DNA from: an uncultured Verrucomicrobiales bacterium
GTDB taxonomy: Bacteria > Verrucomicrobiota > Verrucomicrobiia > Verrucomicrobiales > DEV007
Reading direction: 5' to 3'
Length of the DNA: 37,875 nucleotides
NCBI GenBank assembly: GCA_938091905.1
Contig: CALKOM010000167.1
Location: 1 to 37,875 of the forward strand
Shown here: piece by piece, positions 27,484-37,000 of the stretch
Numbering within the stretch: position 1 is the stretch's first letter
How the letters are laid out: every line of letters begins with the position of its first letter
Notes under the pieces: generated by a model
What the model was told of the DNA's origin: nothing
Database searches by the model: none
What the model saw: the letters and a program-made list of their open reading frames with translations, nothing else
Made by a program: the position numbers and the translations under genes

Positions 27484-30400
27484 CAGTAATCTGTGCACGG
27501 TAGTAACGCGTCGCGCCGGGTGCCACCGGCAATCGCCAACGCCGAGTCACCCCTTCGCCGGAGACCAATACTCCGCCCTCTGCCTTGGCCCAGGCCATCA
27601 GGTCACCAGACTGTTGCAGAAGCACCTCGGCTTCCGCCTGGGATTCGCTCAAGCTCACAGAGAAATGTCCTGTTTCACGTTCCCACACTACCGAAATAGT
27701 GGGAGTGCTCTGCTCGGTTCGACCTGGTGATCCGCCAATTTCTGGGCTTGCCGACCACTGACTCGCCCCATCCAGCACGAGCGAATACCCATCCCCATCG
27801 GCCGATGCCGGCCAAGCCCCTTCGTCGTCATAAAAGACGGTGTCGAGAATCTGCCCCTCAGCGCCAGTCAGTGTGAGTTGCTCCCCCCCGTTGGACAATT
27901 GACCCGTGTATTTGCCAATGACACTCACATTCCCATAGCGAGTAGCAAACGCAGCCTCATCTTCAGCGATCACCACGCGCTGCCCCGGCAGGAGGCTCGC
28001 TTCTGGAAAAAGGTAACGCACACCTTCCGTCAGCGCCATGCCCTCAAGCTGCAGTGTCCGAGCCGATCGATTCCACACCTCAATGAACTCAAAGTCTGTC
28101 CGGCTCCACTGTTGCTCAGGATCTTCTTCAGAGGCTACCTTGGCAGGATGATAGTGAATCTCTGAAAGAACAAGTTCACCCTGCTGAGGCAGCAGACCGA
28201 CTGCGAAACGCGCCTCTGTTCGAGGACTCCATTCCCCAGAGTTTGAACGTGCCCGCGCATATACCGTTGTCGACTTCGTGAGAATGATGGCGTCATCATA
28301 AACCATCCCATTCGCCATGGGGTCCGAAGCATCGAGCGTGTAAAGGATATCTCCATCGAGTGGATGGAAGATCGTTCCCGCTTTAAGAGTAAGCCGGAAC
28401 CCCGCCTCGATCCTTCCACCGTGTTGATTGAAACTGACAAGTGGCACGGTGCGCGGATATAAATCGCGACTCTCAAACTGCCGCAAGGCATTTCGCGCAC
28501 GAGCTGGAATCATAGACTCGATTACGAAGTCTAGATTCTCCTGATAATCCTCATCCAACGTGTAAGGTCTGCCCTCCCGGTGATGATCGCTCCACCGCGC
28601 AGACTCAGCCAGCAAACCAGAACGCACGTACCCAGCCCAGCGAAGCCAACGCTCTTTCACTGCGGCTTCAGTCAAGAGCCCCCCATTGAAAAGATGCTTA
28701 TGCACATGATCGGCAAACTTCAGGCGGTACTGTGGATTCTTCACCAGCTGTTGATGAAGTCGCGTTGGATTGTTTGCTGTATTCGATCCCGTTTTATCAA
28801 TGCCAGTATCTTTGAAGATATTCTCAGAATCCCACATAAAGTAATGCCAGGGACTTCCCGGCGACCGATGTCGGCCACTTCTCCAGTTGTTACCATCCCA
28901 ATCGCGATTGCCCGTCCAAAAATTGATCATCATATAATCAATGAATGAATTCAAATTGAGGTACTGCTGGATCTCGGTGTAAGAATCGTCATCCTCCACG
29001 CCCGCATTGGCGACTTCATAAAGCTTCTCATAAGAACGAGTATCACCTGCCACCAACGTCGGCCCTTCCTGTATAGATGCCTTCATCGAATCATACTCTT
29101 CCGGCTCTCCGCCTAACATACGCGCCATTGAATGTTGATCCACCCGTTCAACCGTCTGATAGAACCCCCAGTAGAGCCCGTTCACATAGACATGAGCACG
29201 AGATTGAGGTGGCGTCAGGTGCCCCATCTCACCGAGCATTTCATGTGCAAAGTGATCTCGGATATAAGAAGCCGCTTCGCGTTGCCCACTTGCAGGATGA
29301 AACCAGGAGTCGCCGTTCTGCCCATTAAACAGAAGCCCATTGATCCCCGTAGCCTTCCCCTTCCCGAACACTGGAAAGTTCAATTTCGATGGACCATAGC
29401 GCGCTCTAAAAGCGAGGCGCAGGTTGTGCTTCGGTCGACTAGTTTGCCTGCTAGCATTACCATAAATACGAATACCACAATCAACTTGCGCATTGTTACT
29501 ACCCTCGAAATTCAAAAACTCCGCCGAAACAACCTTCTCCCAATCAAGCCCCTTGCGAGTTGAATTCGCATAAATGCCGCCAACGCCACCCTCAGTGCTA
29601 CGACCAAACCACGAATCGATCGGCATGACAAGGGACACACTAGGATAGTCTAACAAGGCCGACTTCAAGTCGTCATCACTTCCTACACTACGATCAAATC
29701 CGTAGTCGGCTGACACCGGCCCCCAACGATTCGGAAAGCCATCGGGATTTTTCGGCTGAGTGAGGACGCTTTCCACGAAGAGATAACTATGCGTGTCTAT
29801 ATTTGTCGAAAGCTGCCCAGCCTTAACCGCCATCGCTCGAACGATCGTGGTCGAACTGATCGGAATCGCGTCCGTGTAATGATTCCTCAAAGACACACTT
29901 GGCTCACTCCCATCCAGAGTCACATAGATCGCTGCGCCTTCCGTCGCCGTTGCGATAGTCAGCATGATAGGATCCTCATAGAATCCACGCCTCACACTGA
30001 ATTTCGTGTCGGCGACTTTCTCAGCGAAAGCCACACCATTACCCTCTCCAGGCGTCATCTCAGCAAAGTAGCCAATGCCCCCCCCGTCATCCTCACCATA
30101 ACTGATCCCCGGCCGCTGCGACGGATAATCTCGCCATTCTGATAAGATCTTCTCTCCATCCGGCGCCACCAAGGCAAGGTAGCCCCGAGATTTCTCCAGC
30201 GTAAAATTAGAATGCACTGCATTCTGAAAAATATTGGTTCGATCCTTCCCCGAGGCATACACAACCCAGCGCTGCCCGCTTTTTAAAGTCGTTCCGCGCG
30301 GAATCTTCCAAAGACTCAAGGCATCGGGATCATTCGTCAGATAGTGATCGGTAAGAGAATAGCTTTCCTCGTCCTCATGTAAGATTTCCAACCAATCAGG

Positions 30401-30523
30401 GAAATCGTCGCCATCATCCTGGACAACCCCCTGCCCTGCCGCCGAGAACTCCACAATGCGAGGTGCACCGCATAGCCACGACGTGAAAAAGAGCAAAAAC
30501 GAGAGAATACGAAGTCCCATCAT
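27470..30523 (-). CDS. Secreted CotH kinase-family protein with lamin-tail (LTD) and chitobiase/FN3-associated domains
   Basis: DWLEI...YLTND LTD; DTKFSVRRGFY, IYVTLDGSEP; HVYVNGLYWGFYQTVER, GNRDWDGNNW, FMWDSE; second LTD LSEIHYHP...FEFIEV...LSNGGE. Start is 30523 or 30520. Confidence 0.88.
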   Translation of the reverse strand: MMGLRILSFLLFFTSWLCGAPRIVEFSAAGQGVVQDDGDDFPDWLEILHEDEESYSLTDHYLTNDPDALSLWKIPRGTTLKSGQRWVVYASGKDRTNIFQNAVHSNFTLEKSRGYLALVAPDGEKILSEWRDYPSQRPGISYGEDDGGGIGYFAEMTPGEGNGVAFAEKVADTKFSVRRGFYEDPIMLTIATATEGAAIYVTLDGSEPSVSLRNHYTDAIPISSTTIVRAMAVKAGQLSTNIDTHSYLFVESVLTQPKNPDGFPNRWGPVSADYGFDRSVGSDDDLKSALLDYPSVSLVMPIDSWFGRSTEGGVGGIYANSTRKGLDWEKVVSAEFLNFEGSNNAQVDCGIRIYGNASRQTSRPKHNLRLAFRARYGPSKLNFPVFGKGKATGINGLLFNGQNGDSWFHPASGQREAASYIRDHFAHEMLGEMGHLTPPQSRAHVYVNGLYWGFYQTVERVDQHSMARMLGGEPEEYDSMKASIQEGPTLVAGDTRSYEKLYEVANAGVEDDDSYTEIQQYLNLNSFIDYMMINFWTGNRDWDGNNWRSGRHRSPGSPWHYFMWDSENIFKDTGIDKTGSNTANNPTRLHQQLVKNPQYRLKFADHVHKHLFNGGLLTEAAVKERWLRWAGYVRSGLLAESARWSDHHREGRPYTLDEDYQENLDFVIESMIPARARNALRQFESRDLYPRTVPLVSFNQHGGRIEAGFRLTLKAGTIFHPLDGDILYTLDASDPMANGMVYDDAIILTKSTTVYARARSNSGEWSPRTEARFAVGLLPQQGELVLSEIHYHPAKVASEEDPEQQWSRTDFEFIEVWNRSARTLQLEGMALTEGVRYLFPEASLLPGQRVVIAEDEAAFATRYGNVSVIGKYTGQLSNGGEQLTLTGAEGQILDTVFYDDEGAWPASADGDGYSLVLDGASQWSASPEIGGSPGRTEQSTPTISVVWERETGHFSVSLSESQAEAEVLLQQSGDLMAWAKAEGGVLVSGEGVTRRWRLPVAPGATRYYRAQITAKAQ

Positions 30524-30525
30524 CC

Positions 30526-30595
30526 AACCTAGCAGAGCAAACCACGCCAAATCAATCTCTCAGGCATTGCCAGGCAGCGCACGAAATGCCAACGT
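30526..30595. promoter_or_regulatory. Candidate back-to-back promoters of the CotH pair
   Basis: Minus strand: TTGATT(30555-30550)-18-TAGGTT with TGn extension. Plus strand: TTGCCA(30567-30572)-17-CAACGT with TGn extension. Confidence 0.4.
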
Positions 30596-30618
30596 ATATC
30601 CAGAAACCCTACTATCCC

Positions 30619-33600
30619 ATGAAGCCTCACATTCTCTGTGCCCTTATTGGATTCGCCCACGTGGCGCATCTCCAAGCCACTCCCGTGATTTCTGAATTTC
30701 TAGCATCTGGGCCTGGTCACGACTGGATCGAAATACAGAATACCGGCGATGCCCAGATCAATTTAGCAGGTTACCATCTCACCGATGATCCCGATAATCT
30801 CTCACGCTGGACTTTTCCATCGACGACCGTAGCACCTGGCAATTTCGTGGTCGTCTACGCCTCAGGCCAAGATTTGTCCGATCCAGCAGGAGAATTGCAC
30901 GCAAACTTTAAGCTTAACGCGGCTGGCGGATTTCTAGCATTGTCCACTTCAGAAGGCTCCACAATCAGCGCATTCCAGGACTATCCACCTCAGAGATCCG
31001 GCATTTCGTATGGCATTGCCATCAGCAACACTGTCTACTTCAAGTCCCCAAGCTTGGGTAAGGCAAATCCCGCCCGTGGTTTGTTAGGCTTTGTTGCGGA
31101 CACAAAGTTTAGTGTTGATCGTGGCTACTACGAAGAAGCCTTCGAGGTGGCAATCACCACGGCCACAGAAGACGCCACCATTCTCTACACCACCGATGGA
31201 CGGGCCCCATCCAAAGGCAGCGTGTTCACCGGTCCTATCGGCGAAATCTACGCTGGCCCTATCACAATCAACACGACCACCACTCTCCGGGCCATCGCCA
31301 TGAAAGACAACTATGAACCTTCGAACATTGATACGCAAACCTATCTCTTTCTCAACGATGCCATTCGGCAGGACGGCGCTCACTTGATCGAAGAATGGGG
31401 TGATGACTGGGGCTCTGGTGAAGATGCCGACTATGAGATGGATCCCAGAATCGTGGATGACCCTCAATGGCGAGACACCATTCTTGAAGACTTCAAGACG
31501 CTGCCTGTGCTCTCGCTCACCGTCGAACCAGAAGACTTCTTCTCACTTAACAAAGGCATCTATCCTGGCAAGATCGGTCAAGACGGCATCGATATTCCCG
31601 CTTCCGCCGAACTCTTGCACCCTGACGGCAAGGAAGGATTCCAAATTGATTGCGCCGTACGCATCGTCGGCCAGACCAGCCCGCAACGCTGGAAGATCAA
31701 GAAGCTCTCCATGCGACTGCGTTTTGACGGAGACTTCGGTCCTGGCACTCTCACTTACCCACTCTACGACGATCCTACCGCAGTCGACGAGTTCAATACC
31801 CTAACCGTTGATGCCAGACACAACAACACTTGGGCCTACAATGGCGGATCCATTCCTGCCCAGCAGCGCGAATGGACCCAATACCTGCGCGATCAGACTG
31901 CAGCAGACCTCCACCGTGAGATGGGCGGCATCAGTCCGCACGGTCGCTATGTCTTCACCTTTGTGAACGGCATGTTTTGGGGTATGTACAATCTTCACGA
32001 ACGTCCAGATGATGCCTTCAATGCGTCTTACCAGGGAGGGAGGCGAGCCGATTGGGTCGTCTCTCGTCACGGCGACCCAGGCAATGGCGGAGTGGATGTC
32101 TCAGGAGACGCCATCTCGCTTTATCGCGCCTTCAATAACTTCGTTCGCGATGCTGATGATCCAGACGTTTATGCTCAAATTAAAGACCAGCTAGATGTCG
32201 GCGATTTCATCAACTACATGTTAGTAAATGTGGGCCTCGCAAATGGCGACTGGGGACACAAGAATTACTATGTGAGTCAGAGTCCCATCGATGGGAAGTG
32301 GCGTTTCCATTCCTGGGATGCTGAAAAAGTCTTCCAGCGAGTCAACGACGACCTCACCGATCGCAACAACAACCCTGGCCCCACCGGAATGCATCACAGC
32401 CTGGACGCCAACGCAGACTATCGCATCCAATTTGCTGACGCCATCGCCGAGCACTTCTTCAACGGCGGCGTCATGTCAACCGAGGGATTGCAGCGGGTCT
32501 ACAAACGCAGAACCGACGAAATCGAGCGCGCGGTGATTCTAGAATCTGCGCGCTGGGGAGACGCCGCCAGATCCAACCCATACACCAAAGAAGACTGGGA
32601 CGCCGAACGTGACCGCTTGATGAATGACTACTTCGTCCAGCGCCCTGACATTGCCGTAGATCAATTCAAGGATGCCGATCTGTTTGGCGACCTCGACTTT
32701 CCAACCTTTGGAGATCACGGAGGCCACTTCGACAACGGTTACGCTGTTACCATCAAGCAATCTCTCTTTGCCAACGGCAACCTCTTCTACACCACGGACG
32801 GTTCAGACCCACGCCTACCAGGTGGTAAACTCTCCACCGATGCACTTCCATACGACAACCCGTTTGTCCTATCAGAGTCAGCAACAGTAAAGGCGCGACG
32901 TTACAAAGGAAGCATCTTCGGCTCCACCGAATGGTCTCCCCTCCTCGAAGCAGACTTCGTCATCGGGGCCGTGCCCGCCACCAGCAGCAACCTGCGGATC
33001 TCCAAGATCAACTACCATCCCTCAGGAGCCTCAGACGCTGAAAAAGCGGCTGGGTTCTCTCGCAAAGACTTTGAATTCATTGGCTTGACCAATGTTAGTA
33101 ACGAATCCATCAGTCTTTATGGCACGGAACTCGCAGAAGGCATCCGCTTCGAATTCGACAACGTCACCAACTCTCAAATACCAACAGGCGGCACCGCCTT
33201 CCTCGTTAAAGATAGCGCTGCCTTCACCATGCGCTACGGCTCCAACCACGCGGTTCTTGGAGAGTATCAAGGCAGCCTCTCAAACGATGGCGAACAGCTC
33301 ACGCTTCACGCGGACGGCACCGTCCTAGCAGACTTCACCTACAACGACGTCGATCCCTGGCCTACCGATGCCGACGGCAATGGCACCTACCTCGTCCTAG
33401 CAGATCTGAACGCACCAGCGGAAGGCTATCCTGTCGGAAGATGGCGCTCCAGCACACCCGACGACTCTCCATCCGCGTCCGCGACGCCACCACGATCAGA
33501 CGAAGACACCGACGGCGATGGCTACCTAGATCATCTTGAGACCCTCCTCGGCAGCAATCCTAACAAAGCCGCATCCATCCCCTACTTATCAGCCATCTCC

Positions 33601-33843
33601 TCGGACGATGGCACCCCAATCTTCGAAATCTCCATCCCGACCGACAGCACGACCACCGTCACGTTAGAATCATCAGCCAATCTCGACGCCTGGACAGAGG
33701 TCTCTGACCCAGCCCTGGAAACCTTAACGCCGCGACCGAGCCATCTCCCCAACGCCGAAATCCAACGCTACCGCGTCCGCCAACTCACCAGAGATGCAGC
33801 CTGGACAGAACGCTACGTCCGCTTCTCCATAAAAGCCCCCTAG
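30619..33843 (+). CDS. Secreted CotH kinase-family protein with LTD and chitobiase/FN3-associated domains (paralogue of the divergent gene)
   Basis: Signal from MKPHIL (30619); VISEFLAS..DWIEI, DTKFSVDRGYY, FVNGMFWGMYNLHERPD, ANGDWGHKNY, HSWDAE, ISKINYHP and DTDGDG motifs. Confidence 0.88.
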   Translation: MKPHILCALIGFAHVAHLQATPVISEFLASGPGHDWIEIQNTGDAQINLAGYHLTDDPDNLSRWTFPSTTVAPGNFVVVYASGQDLSDPAGELHANFKLNAAGGFLALSTSEGSTISAFQDYPPQRSGISYGIAISNTVYFKSPSLGKANPARGLLGFVADTKFSVDRGYYEEAFEVAITTATEDATILYTTDGRAPSKGSVFTGPIGEIYAGPITINTTTTLRAIAMKDNYEPSNIDTQTYLFLNDAIRQDGAHLIEEWGDDWGSGEDADYEMDPRIVDDPQWRDTILEDFKTLPVLSLTVEPEDFFSLNKGIYPGKIGQDGIDIPASAELLHPDGKEGFQIDCAVRIVGQTSPQRWKIKKLSMRLRFDGDFGPGTLTYPLYDDPTAVDEFNTLTVDARHNNTWAYNGGSIPAQQREWTQYLRDQTAADLHREMGGISPHGRYVFTFVNGMFWGMYNLHERPDDAFNASYQGGRRADWVVSRHGDPGNGGVDVSGDAISLYRAFNNFVRDADDPDVYAQIKDQLDVGDFINYMLVNVGLANGDWGHKNYYVSQSPIDGKWRFHSWDAEKVFQRVNDDLTDRNNNPGPTGMHHSLDANADYRIQFADAIAEHFFNGGVMSTEGLQRVYKRRTDEIERAVILESARWGDAARSNPYTKEDWDAERDRLMNDYFVQRPDIAVDQFKDADLFGDLDFPTFGDHGGHFDNGYAVTIKQSLFANGNLFYTTDGSDPRLPGGKLSTDALPYDNPFVLSESATVKARRYKGSIFGSTEWSPLLEADFVIGAVPATSSNLRISKINYHPSGASDAEKAAGFSRKDFEFIGLTNVSNESISLYGTELAEGIRFEFDNVTNSQIPTGGTAFLVKDSAAFTMRYGSNHAVLGEYQGSLSNDGEQLTLHADGTVLADFTYNDVDPWPTDADGNGTYLVLADLNAPAEGYPVGRWRSSTPDDSPSASATPPRSDEDTDGDGYLDHLETLLGSNPNKAASIPYLSAISSDDGTPIFEISIPTDSTTTVTLESSANLDAWTEVSDPALETLTPRPSHLPNAEIQRYRVRQLTRDAAWTERYVRFSIKAP

Positions 33844-33853
33844 GGCTATCAAT

Positions 33854-33877
33854 GTAGCGGAAGTCGCAAGACTTTCC
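33854..33877 (+). repeat. GTAG-type REP-like palindrome
   Basis: GTAG C GGAAGTC-GCAA-GACTTTCC: a GTAG tetramer followed by a hairpin with a GNRA loop, 10 bp after the CotH stop. Single copy in the window. Confidence 0.5.
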
Positions 33878-33988
33878 CTTCAACCCACCAGTCGCATTCA
33901 TCTTCGATCATTCGGGGTCTCCCCCTCTCCCACGCTCAACCCACCACTCACCTGGTGTCAGCCTCATTCGCGATCCCCTCCTCCCCCC

Positions 33989-34021
33989 TGTAAAATTTTA
34001 CACAACACTCCTAAAATTTTA
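33989..34021. promoter_or_regulatory. Candidate tandem operator upstream of the SNF2 gene
   Basis: Perfect palindrome TGTAAAATTTTACA (33989-34002) and a second TAAAATTTTA (34012-34021). Candidate promoter TTGCAT(34047)-17-TTTGCT lies downstream. Confidence 0.4.
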
Positions 34022-34083
34022 TATTTAAGCTAGGTTAGGCTTTCTCTTGCATCCTCCTTTCGCGGGCCGTTTGCTCGCTCTCC

Positions 34084-37000
34084 ATGTCCGTCGTCAACGC
34101 CGATTACGCCAAGCACCTGCACGAGAGCGACTGGCTCCAGCAGGCTGAAGGCACATCGTTGCGAGACGGCTCCAAACTGCAGCTATTAGGTGCGGTGAAA
34201 GGTTTCAAAGCCTCGTCCGTCGCCAATGGCCAAGTGCGCATCACCGCCAATGTCCGCCATCCCAAAGAGAAAATGCCGCGCGGCGTCCTCGTCTTCCTTT
34301 CCAGACAACCCAGCGGCCAAGTCATGGTCACACCCAATTGCTCCTGCAAACAACCGCAGCTCTGTGATCACGTTGTTGCCGTCATGCAGGAGTTTATCAG
34401 CGCCACCCGATCCAACTCACCACGCCCCCGACCACGCCCAAAGAGAAAAACCGCTGAGCAGCAACTTCTCCGGGCAAAGAAGGCGCTCGAAACACGCTAC
34501 CTCGCTTGCCAAATCGTCCCCACAGAAAGTGGCCCCGCGCTTGAAGTCCTCCACACCGCTCGCCCCATCATCGATGATCGCAGCTACGTACGCTGTACTG
34601 GTCGCGAGCTCTATCGCCACGACCTTCCCGATCAGTTGGGCCAACGCTGGATGCGCGCCCTCCTCACGCGCCTGCAACAGTGTTGTCCAGACGCCCCGTC
34701 AACCAACGAAGTCCTTCAACTCCAGCCAGATCCTGAAGCCTGGACCGAACTGTTAGACGAGCTACTCAAGTGGCAGATCCTCTACTGGGGCGGAGGCCCC
34801 AACCCCGTCATCCTCCATCAGGGCGACGCCCAGCGAGGCAAGCCTACCTGGCGCTTTGACAGTGAAACGGACGCCTTCCACACCGACTGGGAACTCGCTG
34901 AACCCGCCTCCGCAATTCTACCCAGTGCGCCCTTACATTACGTCGACACCCGTCGTCGCCTCGTCGGCCCACTGCAAACCGACTACCCTCTCGAACTAGC
35001 AGTGTCCTGGGCCTCGGGAGATCAGCAGCCCAGCACTGAGCAAGTCCGCGCCTGGAATCAAGAGCTATCCACACCCTTTCCTGCTCCGCCGCAGCAAGAA
35101 GTCATTGATGCCAGCCAAGAAGTTCCTATTCCTTGCCTGCACTTTAGTCATCACGAAGTCCCGCGCAGCACCCTGCGAGGCATCTGGAGCCCAGTCTTCC
35201 ACGAGAAACCGGTCGTCTCTCTCATCTTCCGCTACGGCAAGCAAGCACACGAAATCCCCGAACGCGGCAAAGGACACGCCCTGCAAGACGAGCGTTTCAA
35301 GATCCTTCGCAACGAACCCGCCGAACAAAGGATCACAGAAGAACTGCATCAATTGGGCCTCGTTCCTTTCTCTGACCCCCTACCAGAAGAAGCCATCACC
35401 GAGGATCTCATCAACCTACGGTGGGTCGGTGCCTGGGAAGAAACTGCCTCTCAGACGGCTTGGATGACGCTCATGACCGAGCAAGTGCCTAAACTCGAAA
35501 GCGAAGGCTGGCACATGCACTACGCAGACAACTTCGGCATGCGCTTCGTGCAGCCTGAAAAATGGATTCAAGAACTCCGCGAACAACGCAACCGCTCGTG
35601 GTTTGAATTTGAGTTAGGCATCGAGTGCGATGGCCAACGCATCGACCTCATCCCCATCATCATTGCGTATCTCGAAGACCACACCGACATCGAACGCCAG
35701 ATCGAGTTCCTCGACGGCGACGACAAGGTACCCATTCGACTCGATGACGGCCGCTACCTCGCCTTCCCCGTCCGCCGACTCGAACCCATCATCCGCATCA
35801 TGCGCGATCTCCTCGAAGGTCGCCGTGCAAACCATCGCGACGAAGAACTCGGCCAAATCCATCAACTCGTCGCTGCTGATTTCCTCAAGGAATCGTCTGA
35901 CTTCACAGAAGCTGGCTCCGCCCAAAACTCTCTCCGCTCCATCGCCGATCGGCTAGGCAATGCCGAAGCCGTCACCGACGCTCAGGAACCCCAAGGCCTT
36001 CAAGCCACGTTACGCCCCTATCAAGAAGAAGGTTTCCGTTGGCTCCAGTTTCTCGCTCGCTACGGCCTCGGTGGCATCCTCGCTGACGATATGGGCCTTG
36101 GTAAAACGCTCCAAACGATCGCCCACCTCCTAGCCGAGAAAGAAAGCGGACGACTCACCAAACCCGCCCTCATCGTCGCCCCAACCAGTTTGTTAGGAAA
36201 CTGGGAAGACGAAATCGGCAAGTTTGCACCCGCGCTCGATGTCCATATCCACTACGGCTCTGGTCGCCACCACAACCGCCAGCCCTTCGATGCCGCAGAC
36301 ATCATCGTCACCTCCTACTCCCTGGTCTACCGAGATCAGAAATACTTAGAATCTCGCTGCTTCTCCCACCTCATTCTAGACGAAGCCCAAAACATCAAGA
36401 ACCCAAGCTCGCGCTCTGCTCAAGCCTGCTGCGCGCTCGATGCCGAGCACCGCCTCTGCATCAGCGGTACTCCTATGGAGAACCACCTCGAAGAACTCTG
36501 GTCTCTCTTTCACTTTCTCATGCCCGGCTTTCTCGGGCAACAAGACAGCTTCCGCCAACGCTTCCGTCATCCCATCGAGAAGGAAAACGACGAATTTGCC
36601 CGAGACCTGTTAGCAAGCCGCGTCGGCCCCCTCATGCTGCGGCGCAAAAAGTCCGAAGTCGCCAAGGACCTCCCGCCCAAGACCGAAATGATCCGCTCGG
36701 TCGAACTCGAAGGCCCACAGCGAGACCTTTACGAAACCATCCGTGCCAGCATGGAACAACGGGTGCAGGAGGTCATCTCCGAGCAAGGGATGGAACGCGC
36801 CCACCTCTACATCCTGGACGCCCTCCTCAAGCTCCGCCAAGTCTGCTGTCACCCCCACCTGCTAGACCTCGAAGCCGCCCAGAGCGTCGACTCCTCCGCC
36901 AAGATGGACCTCCTCTTCGAGATGCTCCCAGAGATGGTCGCAGCAGGACGTCGCATTCTCATCTTCTCACAGTTTACCAGCATGTTAGGACTCATCGAGA

